From an uncultured bacterium (GTDB taxonomy: Bacteria > Bdellovibrionota_G > JALEGL01 > DATDPG01): DNA of 64,000 nt. The stretch's first letter is position 1; each line of letters begins with the position of its first letter. The position numbers were made by a program, and so were the translations under genes. The stretch covers positions 275,849 through 339,848 of the forward strand of contig CAYNHQ010000001.1 in assembly GCA_964397255.1 (NCBI GenBank). Direction: 5' to 3'. The notes beneath the pieces were generated by a model. The model searched no databases. It was not told the origin of the DNA and saw only the letters and a list, made by a program, of their open reading frames with translations. Positions 38,592 through 48,527 of the stretch are shown one piece after another.

Positions 38592-40246
38592 AGTCATCTC
38601 TTAAAATTATTCCTCTGGGGGGATTGGGCGAGATCGGTATGAACAATCTTGTCGTGGAATATGATCGAAAAGCGATTTTAGTGGATTGCGGGGTCATGTT
38701 CGCTGATGACCATCTTCCCGGAATCGATCTTGTGGTTCCCGATTTTTCGTACCTATTGGAGAACGACATCGATCTTCGCGCTATCGTACTTACCCATGGA
38801 CATGAAGATCACATTGGAGCCATTCCATTTCTGTTGCGTGAGCGCAATGTTCCCGTTTATGGATCAAAATTTACGCTGGCGTTGGTGCGCGAGAGGCTGA
38901 AGGAGCATGGACTTCTCTCTGATGCCGAGATTCACTTGGTCAAAGAGGGGGACCGCACCCAGCTCGACCCGTTTCAGTTGGAATGGATTCAAATGAGCCA
39001 CTCCATTGCCGATGCTCTGGCTCTATCCATTGATACGCCCGAGGGAAGAATCATTCATACAGGCGATTTCAAGATCGATCCGCAGCCGGTCGACGGTAGA
39101 AAAACTGATCTCGAACGGTTTGGTGCTCTTGGAAAAGAGGGAGTTCTTCTTCTCCTTTCCGACAGTACAAATGTGGAGGTGCCGGGCGACGGTCAGTCGG
39201 AGCGAGTGGTCTACGATGGTCTTCGGGCCGCCATGAAGAATGCCCCAAGTTGGGTGGTTCTTGCTTTTTTCGCATCGCATGTCCCGCGAATGAAACAGGT
39301 TGTGGAATTGGCACAAGAGACCGGGAGAAAGATCCATGTGGCCGGTCGATCGATGATCCAGAATTTCGGTATCGCCCGTGAATTTGGTTACATCAAAGCG
39401 CCGGATGAACTCGTAGTCAATCTAGATGAGGCTCTCGAACTTCCGCGAAACCAACTTCTTATTCTTTCTACTGGAACACAGGGCGAACCTCGCTCCGCGC
39501 TGGCTCGCATGGCATTTGATCAGCACAAGGAGTTAAAGATCGAGCCTGGAGACCGTGTCATTCTTTCTTCGCGATTTATTCCCGGCAATGAAAAGGCGAT
39601 TTACGCCATCGTCAATCATCTCTATCGCCGGGGGGCCGAAGTGATCACGGCGATGGGAGCTGATGTCCATGTGTCGGGGCATGCGTATCGAAATGACCTC
39701 AAACGAATGGTGGAGGCGGTTCGGCCGAAATATTTCATTCCGGTCCATGGCGAATATCGACATCTGGTAAAACACGTTCAAGTGGCGCGTGAAGGCGGGG
39801 TATCGGAGGCCAACACCCTTCTCTTGGAAGATGGAGACATTGCTGAATTTCATGCCGGCAAAGGAAGGAAAAGTGGAAAGCTGGAACTTGGGCGATCCGT
39901 GCTCGATGGAAAAGAGTTGGCCGACATTGGAAGTGCCGTTCTGCGCGACCGACGCCACCTGGCCGAAACAGGCCTTCTGGTTATTGTGGTGATCATTGAT
40001 TCTCACTCTGGCGAAATTCTTCGAGGTCCGGAGCTTTTCGCTCGTGGACTTGTGTTTGAACAAGCGGCCGAAGATCTAATGCCCGACGTACGGGAAATCG
40101 TTTGCGACACGATTGAAGATTTTGACTCCGAAGCTCGTACGGACGAGGTGGCGGTGCAAGAGGAAATTCGGGCTTCCGTCCGGCGCTTTTTTAAAAACCG
40201 AATCGATCGAAAACCAGTGGTCATACCGATCGTTATGGAGGTTTGA
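38588..40246 (+). CDS. rnj: Ribonuclease J (metallo-beta-lactamase/beta-CASP)
   Basis: LKIIPLGGLGEIGMN, HGHEDHIGA, beta-CASP and C-terminal domain; ATGA overlap with the upstream ABC ATPase. Confidence 0.85.
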   Translation: MKSSLKIIPLGGLGEIGMNNLVVEYDRKAILVDCGVMFADDHLPGIDLVVPDFSYLLENDIDLRAIVLTHGHEDHIGAIPFLLRERNVPVYGSKFTLALVRERLKEHGLLSDAEIHLVKEGDRTQLDPFQLEWIQMSHSIADALALSIDTPEGRIIHTGDFKIDPQPVDGRKTDLERFGALGKEGVLLLLSDSTNVEVPGDGQSERVVYDGLRAAMKNAPSWVVLAFFASHVPRMKQVVELAQETGRKIHVAGRSMIQNFGIAREFGYIKAPDELVVNLDEALELPRNQLLILSTGTQGEPRSALARMAFDQHKELKIEPGDRVILSSRFIPGNEKAIYAIVNHLYRRGAEVITAMGADVHVSGHAYRNDLKRMVEAVRPKYFIPVHGEYRHLVKHVQVAREGGVSEANTLLLEDGDIAEFHAGKGRKSGKLELGRSVLDGKELADIGSAVLRDRRHLAETGLLVIVVIIDSHSGEILRGPELFARGLVFEQAAEDLMPDVREIVCDTIEDFDSEARTDEVAVQEEIRASVRRFFKNRIDRKPVVIPIVMEV

Positions 40247-40258
40247 TCCGAATCCTTC

Positions 40259-42283
40259 ATGGCGCGACGGATCCTTTTTGCCGGTAGTTTTCTGCTTTTT
40301 CCGCTGATCTTTCTTTTTCCCTACCTCTTGGGAAAAAAGCTATTGGGCGGGGCTGACTTTGAAGATTACTACCTTCCCTTGCAGCAGTTCCTTTCCAGTC
40401 AAATTAAAACAGGACATTTTCCGTATTGGAATCCACTGGCACTTCTGGGAAAGCCCACATGGGGGGATCCGGAAAATGCTTTCTTTTATCCCCCGCGTTG
40501 GATTCTTTTCTGGAATCCGGAATACACCATAACCCTGTATGCTTTTTTTCACTTCGCCTGGGCTCACGTGGGCGGCTATCGAGTTGCCAGAGAACTAAAG
40601 CTAGAAAGATTTCCCGCTTGGGTTTCCGGATTTGCTTTCAGCTACTGCGGATGGTCGGCTTCGCACTTTCTTGCCAACCATTCGATGATTCTCGCTGTAG
40701 AAAGTTGGGTTCCACACATCCTGGCGACGTTACTTTCGTTCTCCAAAAAAGAACGATGGGCACATTGGGTCATCATTCTCTTTTTTCAGGGACTCATGTT
40801 GACTCAGGCGGGAGCCCCGCAAACAGCGTACTACGGAGCGGTTTTTTTAATGCTTTCTCTTGTATCGCTTCGCCCCCAATTTCTCATCGAGCGAAAATTT
40901 ATTTTTGGAGTTTTGTTGGCGGCTTTTTCAGCAGCGCTCGTCGCCGCTCCGCAGGGAATCGGCACTTCGATTTCGCATGCAGAATCCGTGCGTGCGGGAG
41001 ACTACCCTTGGGATCGCGCCATTTGGTTTCGTCTCCTTCCAGGACAACTTTCAGAATTTTGGACCGGACTTTCTCTTCAAGAGATCGCGCGAAAAACCGC
41101 GGAAGTTTATGAAACCGGAGTGTTTGTGGGACCCGTGGTTCTCCTTTCTGCGCTTTTGGCGCTTCTTCGTAAAGAGCGCGAGGTCTGGATTCTCTGGGGT
41201 GTGGCTCTTTTGTTTCTTTTGTTGGGGATGGCCGAACCTCCCTGGCTCCTTCGGCTGTTTCGTCTTTTGCCGGGAGCAGGGTCCTTTCGAAGTCCGGGAC
41301 GATTTCTTATTCATACGATGTTGGTTTTGAGTCTACTGTCCGGTCTGGGCTGGAAATGTCTGTGCGAAAAATTGCGGCCGTACCTTCGACCCAAGTTTAT
41401 TCCCTTCCTGGAGGTGGGATGGGCCGCGGCGATTCTTCTTCCTTTGGCCGTTCATTTTTATCGGTATGTGCCGGAAGGGTCGGAGCGCTTTGATGAATTG
41501 AGAGGGAAGCTCGCAGCCACGGCCCGAAATTTGACGGGAGAGAAACGTCCCCGAGTGTTCTTGGGGGCAGGACCATTGCGCCCGAATCAGTTTCATCAGG
41601 AAGGGATTGAAATGGTTTCCGGCCGAGCGCCCCTACTTTCCTGGCGCTATGTTAACTATGTGAGCGGTCCAACGAGGGATGCGTATTGGATCGAAATGTA
41701 TCCCAGCCTTTCTCCGCGCCCCCATACTTCCCTTTCGCTTCTGGCGGCTCCCCTTTTCTTTTCAACTGGGAAAGAAGAAGTGGCCGATTCGTTAAAACCC
41801 TTGGCAAGAATTTCACCCTACATCATCTATGGCGATCCTTCGGCCTCGCCGCGCGTTCGTTTTTTTCCCAAGGGAATAGCCGTACGAAATCGAATTGAAG
41901 CGCGGGATCTTCTTTGGAAAGGAACCAATGCGCTGGAGGAGTTGTGGTACGAGGGTCCCGCGAGAGAGGGTTATTCCCCCGCGTCCAAAGGCAGCTGTCA
42001 ATACCGTATCCCGTCCACCGATCGATATGAAATTGATTGCGAGACCACAGGACCCGGATTTGTTTGGATTAGTCAGGCTTATTTTCCGGGGTGGCAGGCC
42101 ACCGTCAACGGAACCCCCGCCCCCCTTTATCCCGCACATCTTCTATTCCAAACCGTCCCCATTCCTTCGGGGAAAAGTTTCATTAACGTGGAATATCATC
42201 CCCAATACCTTGGACTCTCTTTACTCCTAGCGCTCATCGGCTTCGCTATTCCCAATTCGCTCCTTCTGTGGAGAAGGAAATAA
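40259..42283 (+). CDS. YfhO-family membrane protein (putative glycosyltransferase)
   Basis: Polytopic; N-terminal GGADFEDYYLPLQQFLSSQIKTGHFPYWNP matches the YfhO pattern; 674 aa. Confidence 0.5.
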   Translation: MARRILFAGSFLLFPLIFLFPYLLGKKLLGGADFEDYYLPLQQFLSSQIKTGHFPYWNPLALLGKPTWGDPENAFFYPPRWILFWNPEYTITLYAFFHFAWAHVGGYRVARELKLERFPAWVSGFAFSYCGWSASHFLANHSMILAVESWVPHILATLLSFSKKERWAHWVIILFFQGLMLTQAGAPQTAYYGAVFLMLSLVSLRPQFLIERKFIFGVLLAAFSAALVAAPQGIGTSISHAESVRAGDYPWDRAIWFRLLPGQLSEFWTGLSLQEIARKTAEVYETGVFVGPVVLLSALLALLRKEREVWILWGVALLFLLLGMAEPPWLLRLFRLLPGAGSFRSPGRFLIHTMLVLSLLSGLGWKCLCEKLRPYLRPKFIPFLEVGWAAAILLPLAVHFYRYVPEGSERFDELRGKLAATARNLTGEKRPRVFLGAGPLRPNQFHQEGIEMVSGRAPLLSWRYVNYVSGPTRDAYWIEMYPSLSPRPHTSLSLLAAPLFFSTGKEEVADSLKPLARISPYIIYGDPSASPRVRFFPKGIAVRNRIEARDLLWKGTNALEELWYEGPAREGYSPASKGSCQYRIPSTDRYEIDCETTGPGFVWISQAYFPGWQATVNGTPAPLYPAHLLFQTVPIPSGKSFINVEYHPQYLGLSLLLALIGFAIPNSLLLWRRK

Positions 42284-42353
42284 CCAGATAGCGATTTGAT
42301 GCGATTTGACATATAGTTTCAACTCCACCGCGAGGGTGGTGGAAACCAGACCC

Positions 42354-44735
42354 ATGGCGAAGTCGAAAGAAATGGATGAAGCTACCGAAGGATCGCCGCT
42401 TCGCGATTTAATCGGTTTCCTTCTCTTAGCCGTTTCCGTATTTAGTTTTATTTCGATCATCAGCTATCACCCGATGGATCCTTCCTGGAACACCGTGACA
42501 TCGGGAAGTTTTGTTCAAAACTACGGCGGTATGGTCGGAAGTTATTTGGCCGATGTTTTGATGCAGTTTTTTGGCTATGCGGCCTATCTCCTTCCTCTCG
42601 CCCTCTTGGGCGCGACCTGGAGCATTGTTTTCCGCCCGACGTTTCAGGGAGCGGTGATTCGGCTCATCGGATTTCTTTTTATCGTTATCTCCTTTTCACT
42701 TTTTCTAGCCCTACTTGGAGGGGACGCTGAAAGACTTGTTCCCTGGGGCGGGGCCACCGGTTATTGGCTTAGAAAGTTTTCCCTTCAGTACACCGGTGTG
42801 GGAGGGACCTACCTTGCTGCGCTTACAGCGCTCGCCCTTTCGCTCGTTTTGACGGTGGGTCTTACGTTCTCGGGTTTTGTCTGGTTTGTGTCGGTCTGTG
42901 GAGCTGCGGTACATGCGCTAAGCCGGACCCTCTGGAAAACTGCATCAGCCGTTCGTGAAGGCGTGGGCCAGGTGGTGGATGAGGGAGAGAAAGAGATCAC
43001 CAAGGGGATGAAAGAAATTCGGAAAGTGGAGGGGCCCCGCCTTCCCGAGCGGATCAAAATCGCCGGCGAAGAGATGGGAGAAGATCTTTCCCCGCCTGAA
43101 GCGATTCCAGAGATCCCGATTGTTGTTCAGAATCAAAAGAAGAAGCCGGAAAAAACGGCTCTTCCAAAATTTCATAGCCTGGAAGAAGATTCTCCTTCTC
43201 CCAAAGAAGAGAAAACAGCGCGGAATTACAAACTACCCGGCCTTCATCTATTAGAAGCTCCTGAAGAGCAAATTCTTCAAATTGACCGAGATGAACTCTT
43301 TCAAAATGCCCAAACACTCGAACGGAAATTAAAAGACTTCGGCGTCTTTGGAAAAGTAGTCGAAGTTCAACCGGGACCCGTGGTGACGATGTACGAATTT
43401 GAGCCGGCACCGGGCGTGAAAGTGAACCAGATCACACGCCTCAATGACGATCTTGCCCTGGCACTTAAGGCGATCTCCGTCCGCATCGAACCAATTCCTG
43501 GGAAAGCGGTCATCGGAATCGAAGTTGCAAATCGAAATCGCCAAATTGTTTATTTGAAAGAAATTCTTGCCAATGAAGCTTTTTCGTCGAGCTCTTCGTT
43601 CCTGACACTTGCCACCGGCAAAGACATTTCAGGGACGCCGGTCGTAGCGGACCTTCGGCGTATGCCTCACCTTCTCGTGGCGGGCGCCACAGGCTCGGGA
43701 AAATCGGTCGCCGTGAATAGTTTTATTCTTTCGATTCTTTACAAATCGACGCCGGAAGAAGTTCGAATGATTTTGGTGGATCCCAAAATGCTCGAACTTT
43801 CTCTCTACGATGGAATTCCGCATCTCATGCTTCCGGTCGTGACCGATCCCCGAAAATCAGCTGCTGCTCTTCGATGGGCTGTAACGGAGATGGAAAGACG
43901 CTATCGTTTGATGGCCGATATCGGTGTTCGAAACATTGAAGGATATAACAAAAAAGTCCCAAAAGTTCTAAGCGGCGAGGAAAAAAAGGAACCGGAACCT
44001 CTCATTCCGGAGGAGGCGACGCTTGCTCTCGAGCCGTCGGCTGATCCGAATCGGAAAGCGGAAGAACACACGGGAAAACTTCCTTTTATCGTGATCGTCA
44101 TTGATGAATTGGCGGATCTTATGATGGTTTCCAGCCGCGAGGTGGAAGAATCAATCATTCGTTTGGCTCAAATGGCGCGTGCTGCAGGAATTCACTTGAT
44201 GCTGGCGACGCAGCGACCTTCGGTTGATGTCATTACTGGAGTCATCAAGGCGAATATGCCGGCGCGCATTTCATTTCAAGTGGCGTCGAAAATCGATTCA
44301 CGAACCATTCTAGATTCTAATGGTGCAGAGCTTCTTCTTGGTGCAGGAGATATGCTCTTTCTTCCGCCAGGTACTTCCAAGTTGCAAAGAATTCATGGCG
44401 CATTTGTGACGGACAATGAAGTGAAGCGTGTAACCGATTTTTGGAAGGAGCAGGGAAAGCCGGAATACTTCCTCGATATTCTCAAGATTCAGGAAGAGCA
44501 GGTACAAGCCGATCTCGAGGTGGAAAGCGGCGAGGACGAAGATATTTACCGGCAGGCGCTCAATGTAGTTCGGGCGCATCGTGTGGCCTCGATTTCGATG
44601 ATTCAGCGCAAGCTTCGAATCGGTTACAACCGCGCCGCGAGAATTGTGGAACGAATGGAAGAAGAGGGGCTTTTAGCACCCGGCGAAGTCGGAAAACCAC
44701 GCGAAGTGATCATGAGTCGCCTCGAAGGCTTCTAA
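42354..44735 (+). CDS. ftsK: DNA translocase FtsK
   Basis: N-terminal TM segments, Pro-rich linker, motor Walker A AGATGSGKS, gamma winged helix QRKLRIGYNRAARIVERMEEEGLL. Confidence 0.92.
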   Translation: MAKSKEMDEATEGSPLRDLIGFLLLAVSVFSFISIISYHPMDPSWNTVTSGSFVQNYGGMVGSYLADVLMQFFGYAAYLLPLALLGATWSIVFRPTFQGAVIRLIGFLFIVISFSLFLALLGGDAERLVPWGGATGYWLRKFSLQYTGVGGTYLAALTALALSLVLTVGLTFSGFVWFVSVCGAAVHALSRTLWKTASAVREGVGQVVDEGEKEITKGMKEIRKVEGPRLPERIKIAGEEMGEDLSPPEAIPEIPIVVQNQKKKPEKTALPKFHSLEEDSPSPKEEKTARNYKLPGLHLLEAPEEQILQIDRDELFQNAQTLERKLKDFGVFGKVVEVQPGPVVTMYEFEPAPGVKVNQITRLNDDLALALKAISVRIEPIPGKAVIGIEVANRNRQIVYLKEILANEAFSSSSSFLTLATGKDISGTPVVADLRRMPHLLVAGATGSGKSVAVNSFILSILYKSTPEEVRMILVDPKMLELSLYDGIPHLMLPVVTDPRKSAAALRWAVTEMERRYRLMADIGVRNIEGYNKKVPKVLSGEEKKEPEPLIPEEATLALEPSADPNRKAEEHTGKLPFIVIVIDELADLMMVSSREVEESIIRLAQMARAAGIHLMLATQRPSVDVITGVIKANMPARISFQVASKIDSRTILDSNGAELLLGAGDMLFLPPGTSKLQRIHGAFVTDNEVKRVTDFWKEQGKPEYFLDILKIQEEQVQADLEVESGEDEDIYRQALNVVRAHRVASISMIQRKLRIGYNRAARIVERMEEEGLLAPGEVGKPREVIMSRLEGF

Positions 44736-44737
44736 AA

Positions 44738-45364
44738 ATGCTTTTTCTTATTTTTCTCTTTGCTGCCGATACGGGAGATCTTCTTATAAAACTTCAGAAG
44801 AGTTACGAGAGTGTGAAGACGATTCAGGCGGAGTTTGAGCAGGTGTATCGCTCCAAAAGATTTGATGAAAAAAAAGCCAAAGGGATACTGACAATAGCGA
44901 AGCCGGGGAAAATGAGATGGGATTACGACGAGCCCAAGGGAAAGGTTCTAGTGTCCGATGGGAAAAAGATGACGCTGTTTGATCCGGAAGATCGTCAGGC
45001 GATGGTGAGTGATCAGCCGCCAAAGGAAAAATTGCCTGTGGCGCTTTCCTTTCTGTGGGGGGAAGCAAAACTTTCTGAAACGTTTCGCTGTGAGTTAGTT
45101 CCCCAAGCGGAAAAAGAAAAAGTTCTTAAGTGCACGCCGAAAAAGCCCATTCCCAATGTTTCAGAAATTGATCTCACACTTTCTACCGATGAGCCTCTTA
45201 TGGTGACACGCTCTCGCGTCTTCGATGAAATCGGCGGCGAAAGTGACATTCATTTCAAAAAGATCCGCCGAAATGTCGAAGTCTCCGACAAGAAATTCGC
45301 CTTTTCTCCCCCGCCCGGCACCGAAGTCGTTTCCATGGGAAACGAAAAGTTAAAAATTGAATAA
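44738..45364 (+). CDS. lolA: Outer-membrane lipoprotein carrier protein LolA
   Basis: Signal peptide; TIQAEFEQVYRSKRFDEKKAKGILTIAKPGKMRWDY typical of LolA; ftsK-lolA synteny. Confidence 0.75.
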   Translation: MLFLIFLFAADTGDLLIKLQKSYESVKTIQAEFEQVYRSKRFDEKKAKGILTIAKPGKMRWDYDEPKGKVLVSDGKKMTLFDPEDRQAMVSDQPPKEKLPVALSFLWGEAKLSETFRCELVPQAEKEKVLKCTPKKPIPNVSEIDLTLSTDEPLMVTRSRVFDEIGGESDIHFKKIRRNVEVSDKKFAFSPPPGTEVVSMGNEKLKIE

Positions 45365-45422
45365 AGTCAGCAAGTTAACCCATTGACGGGGAAGGGGTGA
45401 ATCGACTACACTGCGCGCCCTT

Positions 45423-46778
45423 ATGGATTTGGCCAAGACCAAAGGAATAGTGGGCCTCATTAGCCTGGGTTGTCCCAAGAATCTCGTGGATTCGGAAGTG
45501 ATGCTCGGGCTTCTCAAAAAAGAAGGCTACTCGCTCACCAAGAAAGAAGACGAAGCCGATGTTTTGATCGTCAACACCTGTGCGTTCATCGATGCTTCGA
45601 AAAAAGAATCTGTCGACACCATACTCGATGTTGCGAAACTCAAAGAAGAAGGCTCGCTTAAAAAATTAATCGTTACCGGTTGCCTCGCCCAACGCTACAA
45701 AAACGAACTTGAAAAAGAAATGCCCGAAGTCGATCACTTCATCGGCACGGGTGAGTTTCAACGAATTACTGAGTTCACGAAAATCGATTCGACGGCATCG
45801 CGCTCTGCTGTCGCCCGACCCGAATATCTTTACGATTATGCGACACCCCGCATTTCGACGCTGCCCAAACATACGGCGTATGTGAAAATCGCGGAAGGTT
45901 GTTCACGAACTTGCAGTTTTTGCATCATCCCAAAACTTCGAGGGAAGGGAAGAAGCCGAACGATCGAGTCTATTGTTTTAGAAACCGAGCAATGGGTGGA
46001 GGAGGGCGCGCTGGAAATTAATTTAATCGCCCAAGATCTCACGGCTTACGGCCACGATTTAGAAGATGGAACGAATTTAGAAAACCTTCTTCAGCGGTTG
46101 ATTGGTATCGACGGCCTTCGATGGATTCGTCTTATGTACAACTATCCTCAATATTTTACCGATTCGCTGGTGGATCTCATCGCTTCATCCGAGAAGATCT
46201 GTAAATACATCGATATGCCTCTTCAACATATCGACAGTGATCTTCTCGCATCCATGCGACGGAAAGTAGATGAAAATGACACTCGCCGGCTTCTGGAAAA
46301 GCTTCGCAATGATATTCCGAACCTCACTCTTCGCACGACACTGATTGTAGGTTTTCCCGGAGAAACCAATGCGCAATTTGAGAAGCTTGTCGATTTTGTG
46401 GAGGAAACACAGTTTGATCGCCTGGGTGTTTTTACATATTCGCAAGAAGAAGGAACCGGCGCGGCGATGATGAAAGATCAAATTGCGACGAACGTGAAAG
46501 AAGAGCGCAGAAATAAAATCATGAATCTTCAGCAGTCGATTTCAGCGAAGAAAAATCGGGATTGGGTCGGTAGAGATCTTGAGCTTTTGGTGGATAAGAC
46601 TGTCAATGCCCTGAGAGGTTATCGCTATAGTTCACGAACCGAAGGGCATGCGCTCGACATCGATGGGCAAGTGTATTTACGCGGGGACGATATCCCTGTT
46701 GGAAACTTCATACGTGCTCGAATCACCTCATCCGGCCCTTACGACCTATTTGCGGATGCTTTTCCAATTGATAATTGA
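45423..46778 (+). CDS. rimO: Ribosomal protein S12 methylthiotransferase RimO (MiaB-family radical SAM)
   Basis: UPF0004 domain LGCPKNLVDSE...NTCAFI, radical SAM CSRTCSFC, C-terminal TRAM domain. Confidence 0.7.
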   Translation: MDLAKTKGIVGLISLGCPKNLVDSEVMLGLLKKEGYSLTKKEDEADVLIVNTCAFIDASKKESVDTILDVAKLKEEGSLKKLIVTGCLAQRYKNELEKEMPEVDHFIGTGEFQRITEFTKIDSTASRSAVARPEYLYDYATPRISTLPKHTAYVKIAEGCSRTCSFCIIPKLRGKGRSRTIESIVLETEQWVEEGALEINLIAQDLTAYGHDLEDGTNLENLLQRLIGIDGLRWIRLMYNYPQYFTDSLVDLIASSEKICKYIDMPLQHIDSDLLASMRRKVDENDTRRLLEKLRNDIPNLTLRTTLIVGFPGETNAQFEKLVDFVEETQFDRLGVFTYSQEEGTGAAMMKDQIATNVKEERRNKIMNLQQSISAKKNRDWVGRDLELLVDKTVNALRGYRYSSRTEGHALDIDGQVYLRGDDIPVGNFIRARITSSGPYDLFADAFPIDN

Positions 46779-46804
46779 ATTGAAAAGGTGGTATCCGAGG
46801 CCCC

Positions 46805-47515
46805 ATGAATGAAATCACCCCCGGACTTTATCGTTGGACCGTAGCCCACCCCGAATGGGCGCCCGAAAAAGACAAACCCGGCGGTTGGGGACAAATGGTC
46901 GGTGCCGTTCTCTTCCAGCCGAAGAAGGAAAATGTCGTCGTTCTCATGGATCCGATCGCCCCGGGGGATTCCGAACCCGAAGCTGCAGGTTTTTGGAAAC
47001 ATTTGGACAAGGTTGTGCCCAAGGGGAAGGGACAACTTGTCATCCTTCTGACGAATCATTTTCACAGCCGCACCGCCCAGCGGGTGTTTGACCGCTATGA
47101 CCAAAGTTGTTCATGTTCGTTGTGGGCCCATGTTTCCGTGAAAGAGAAAGAAAAAGTCCGGCTCACACACACGTTTGAGACGCGAAAGAAGCTACCCGGC
47201 GGTATGGAGGCCCTCCCGATCGATGGATACGAGGCGTCTGAAACGGCCTATTGGCTCCCGGAGCCTCGAGCATTGGTGGTCGGGGATGCGATGACCGGAA
47301 TTGGAGACAACGAAGTCCGAGTAGCGCCCGCGAGCTGGGCCGAGAGCACATCGGAAGGACAGACACGGTATCGGGAGAAATTCCGTTCATCATTGCGAGG
47401 ATTGCTCAAGCTGAACCCGGAGATGCTCCTCGTATCGCATGGAGAGATCGTCACGAAGGAAGGAAAGCAAGCTCTTTCGAAGGCGCTGAACGCGCCGGCC
47501 TGGGGCGAAAGCTAA
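46805..47515 (+). CDS. MBL-fold-like hypothetical protein (degenerate HxHxDH)
   Basis: LTNHFHSR in place of THxHxDH; C-terminal LVSHGE. Confidence 0.3.
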   Translation: MNEITPGLYRWTVAHPEWAPEKDKPGGWGQMVGAVLFQPKKENVVVLMDPIAPGDSEPEAAGFWKHLDKVVPKGKGQLVILLTNHFHSRTAQRVFDRYDQSCSCSLWAHVSVKEKEKVRLTHTFETRKKLPGGMEALPIDGYEASETAYWLPEPRALVVGDAMTGIGDNEVRVAPASWAESTSEGQTRYREKFRSSLRGLLKLNPEMLLVSHGEIVTKEGKQALSKALNAPAWGES

Positions 47516-47577
47516 CTCCCCTGTCATCACGGCTGCTGAAAACGGAGTATCTTGTCACGAAGTTCGACGGCCGTCGT

Positions 47578-48513
47578 TCAGCCAGGCTGACCGAATTCGG
47601 TATACTGATCCAAAATGATCTGATTTTCCTGTGCGATGATGTTTTTGAGCGAAGAAGTCATTTCTTTAAGTTCGCTGCGAAGCCAGTCCGATTTGGTCTT
47701 TCTTTCCGATTTGGAAAAACTTTCCATCTCATAGGCGAGGTCCGCCACCTTTCCTTCCAGCTGAATGAGCTGCTTCTCCAATTGGTCGAGGCGTGAAGTA
47801 AGCCACGGCGCCACTCTCTCCACGTTAGGATGAAGACCGGTTTCCGCACGGATCTCTTCGTCACCGAAACTGGTTAACGCCTCCCAGGCGTATTTGAGAT
47901 TGAGTACGATAAGGAGCACCTCACACCATCCGAGCTCTTTTGCCGTGTCATTTGCCGCGGTCATCGCTTTAAGCAAGTGCTGTGTGGCCGCAATGAGGGG
48001 AGTTTTGTCTAATTCGGGCCGCTTGGCTTTTGATCCGAGCGAGTTGACCCACACCGGGGGGATATCCGCATGCGATTTCCAAAATTCTCCGACAAAGCCG
48101 ACCATCGCGCGATATTGATCCCAGTTGATCGGCTTAAATATAAAACTGGAAGCGCCGAATACGTGGCACGTCTCGATATCTTCCTCAGATCGCGATCCCG
48201 TCATTACAATGATCGGTATCTTTTGAAGGTTTGGATCCTTCCGAAACTCTACAAGCAATCGGCGGCCATCTTTCCCGGGGAGATTTAGATCAAGAAGAAT
48301 CAAATCGGGATACGATTCTTGCCCGGAAGATGCGCTCTGCATGTAGCTCGTGGCTTCGTTGGCATCACGGGCCAATCGGAATTTCCAGTTTGGTTCGTTC
48401 TCACGGAATGCCGAAAGGGTCAGTTCGGCGTCCTCTTTTCGGTCTTCTATGAGAAGCACTGTAGGAGTATTCGCTAGTGCTTCACTTCGCTGCGCCGTAG
48501 CCTTTTTAGCCAT
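47578..48513 (-). CDS. Response regulator, Rcp1-like receiver plus C-terminal coiled-coil region
   Basis: VLLIEDRKEDAEL, LILLDLNLPGKDG, IPIIVMTGS, FIFKP; ~170-aa C-terminal helical region. Confidence 0.75.
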   Translation of the reverse strand: MAKKATAQRSEALANTPTVLLIEDRKEDAELTLSAFRENEPNWKFRLARDANEATSYMQSASSGQESYPDLILLDLNLPGKDGRRLLVEFRKDPNLQKIPIIVMTGSRSEEDIETCHVFGASSFIFKPINWDQYRAMVGFVGEFWKSHADIPPVWVNSLGSKAKRPELDKTPLIAATQHLLKAMTAANDTAKELGWCEVLLIVLNLKYAWEALTSFGDEEIRAETGLHPNVERVAPWLTSRLDQLEKQLIQLEGKVADLAYEMESFSKSERKTKSDWLRSELKEMTSSLKNIIAQENQIILDQYTEFGQPG

Positions 48514-48527
48514 TTTCCCTCCCTGAT

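Noticed and set aside
47516-47577. Possible convergent terminator between the MBL-like gene and the REC gene (TCAGCC-a-GGCTGA)
   Set aside because: The loop is too short for a stable hairpin and there is no T-tract, so it is not convincing.
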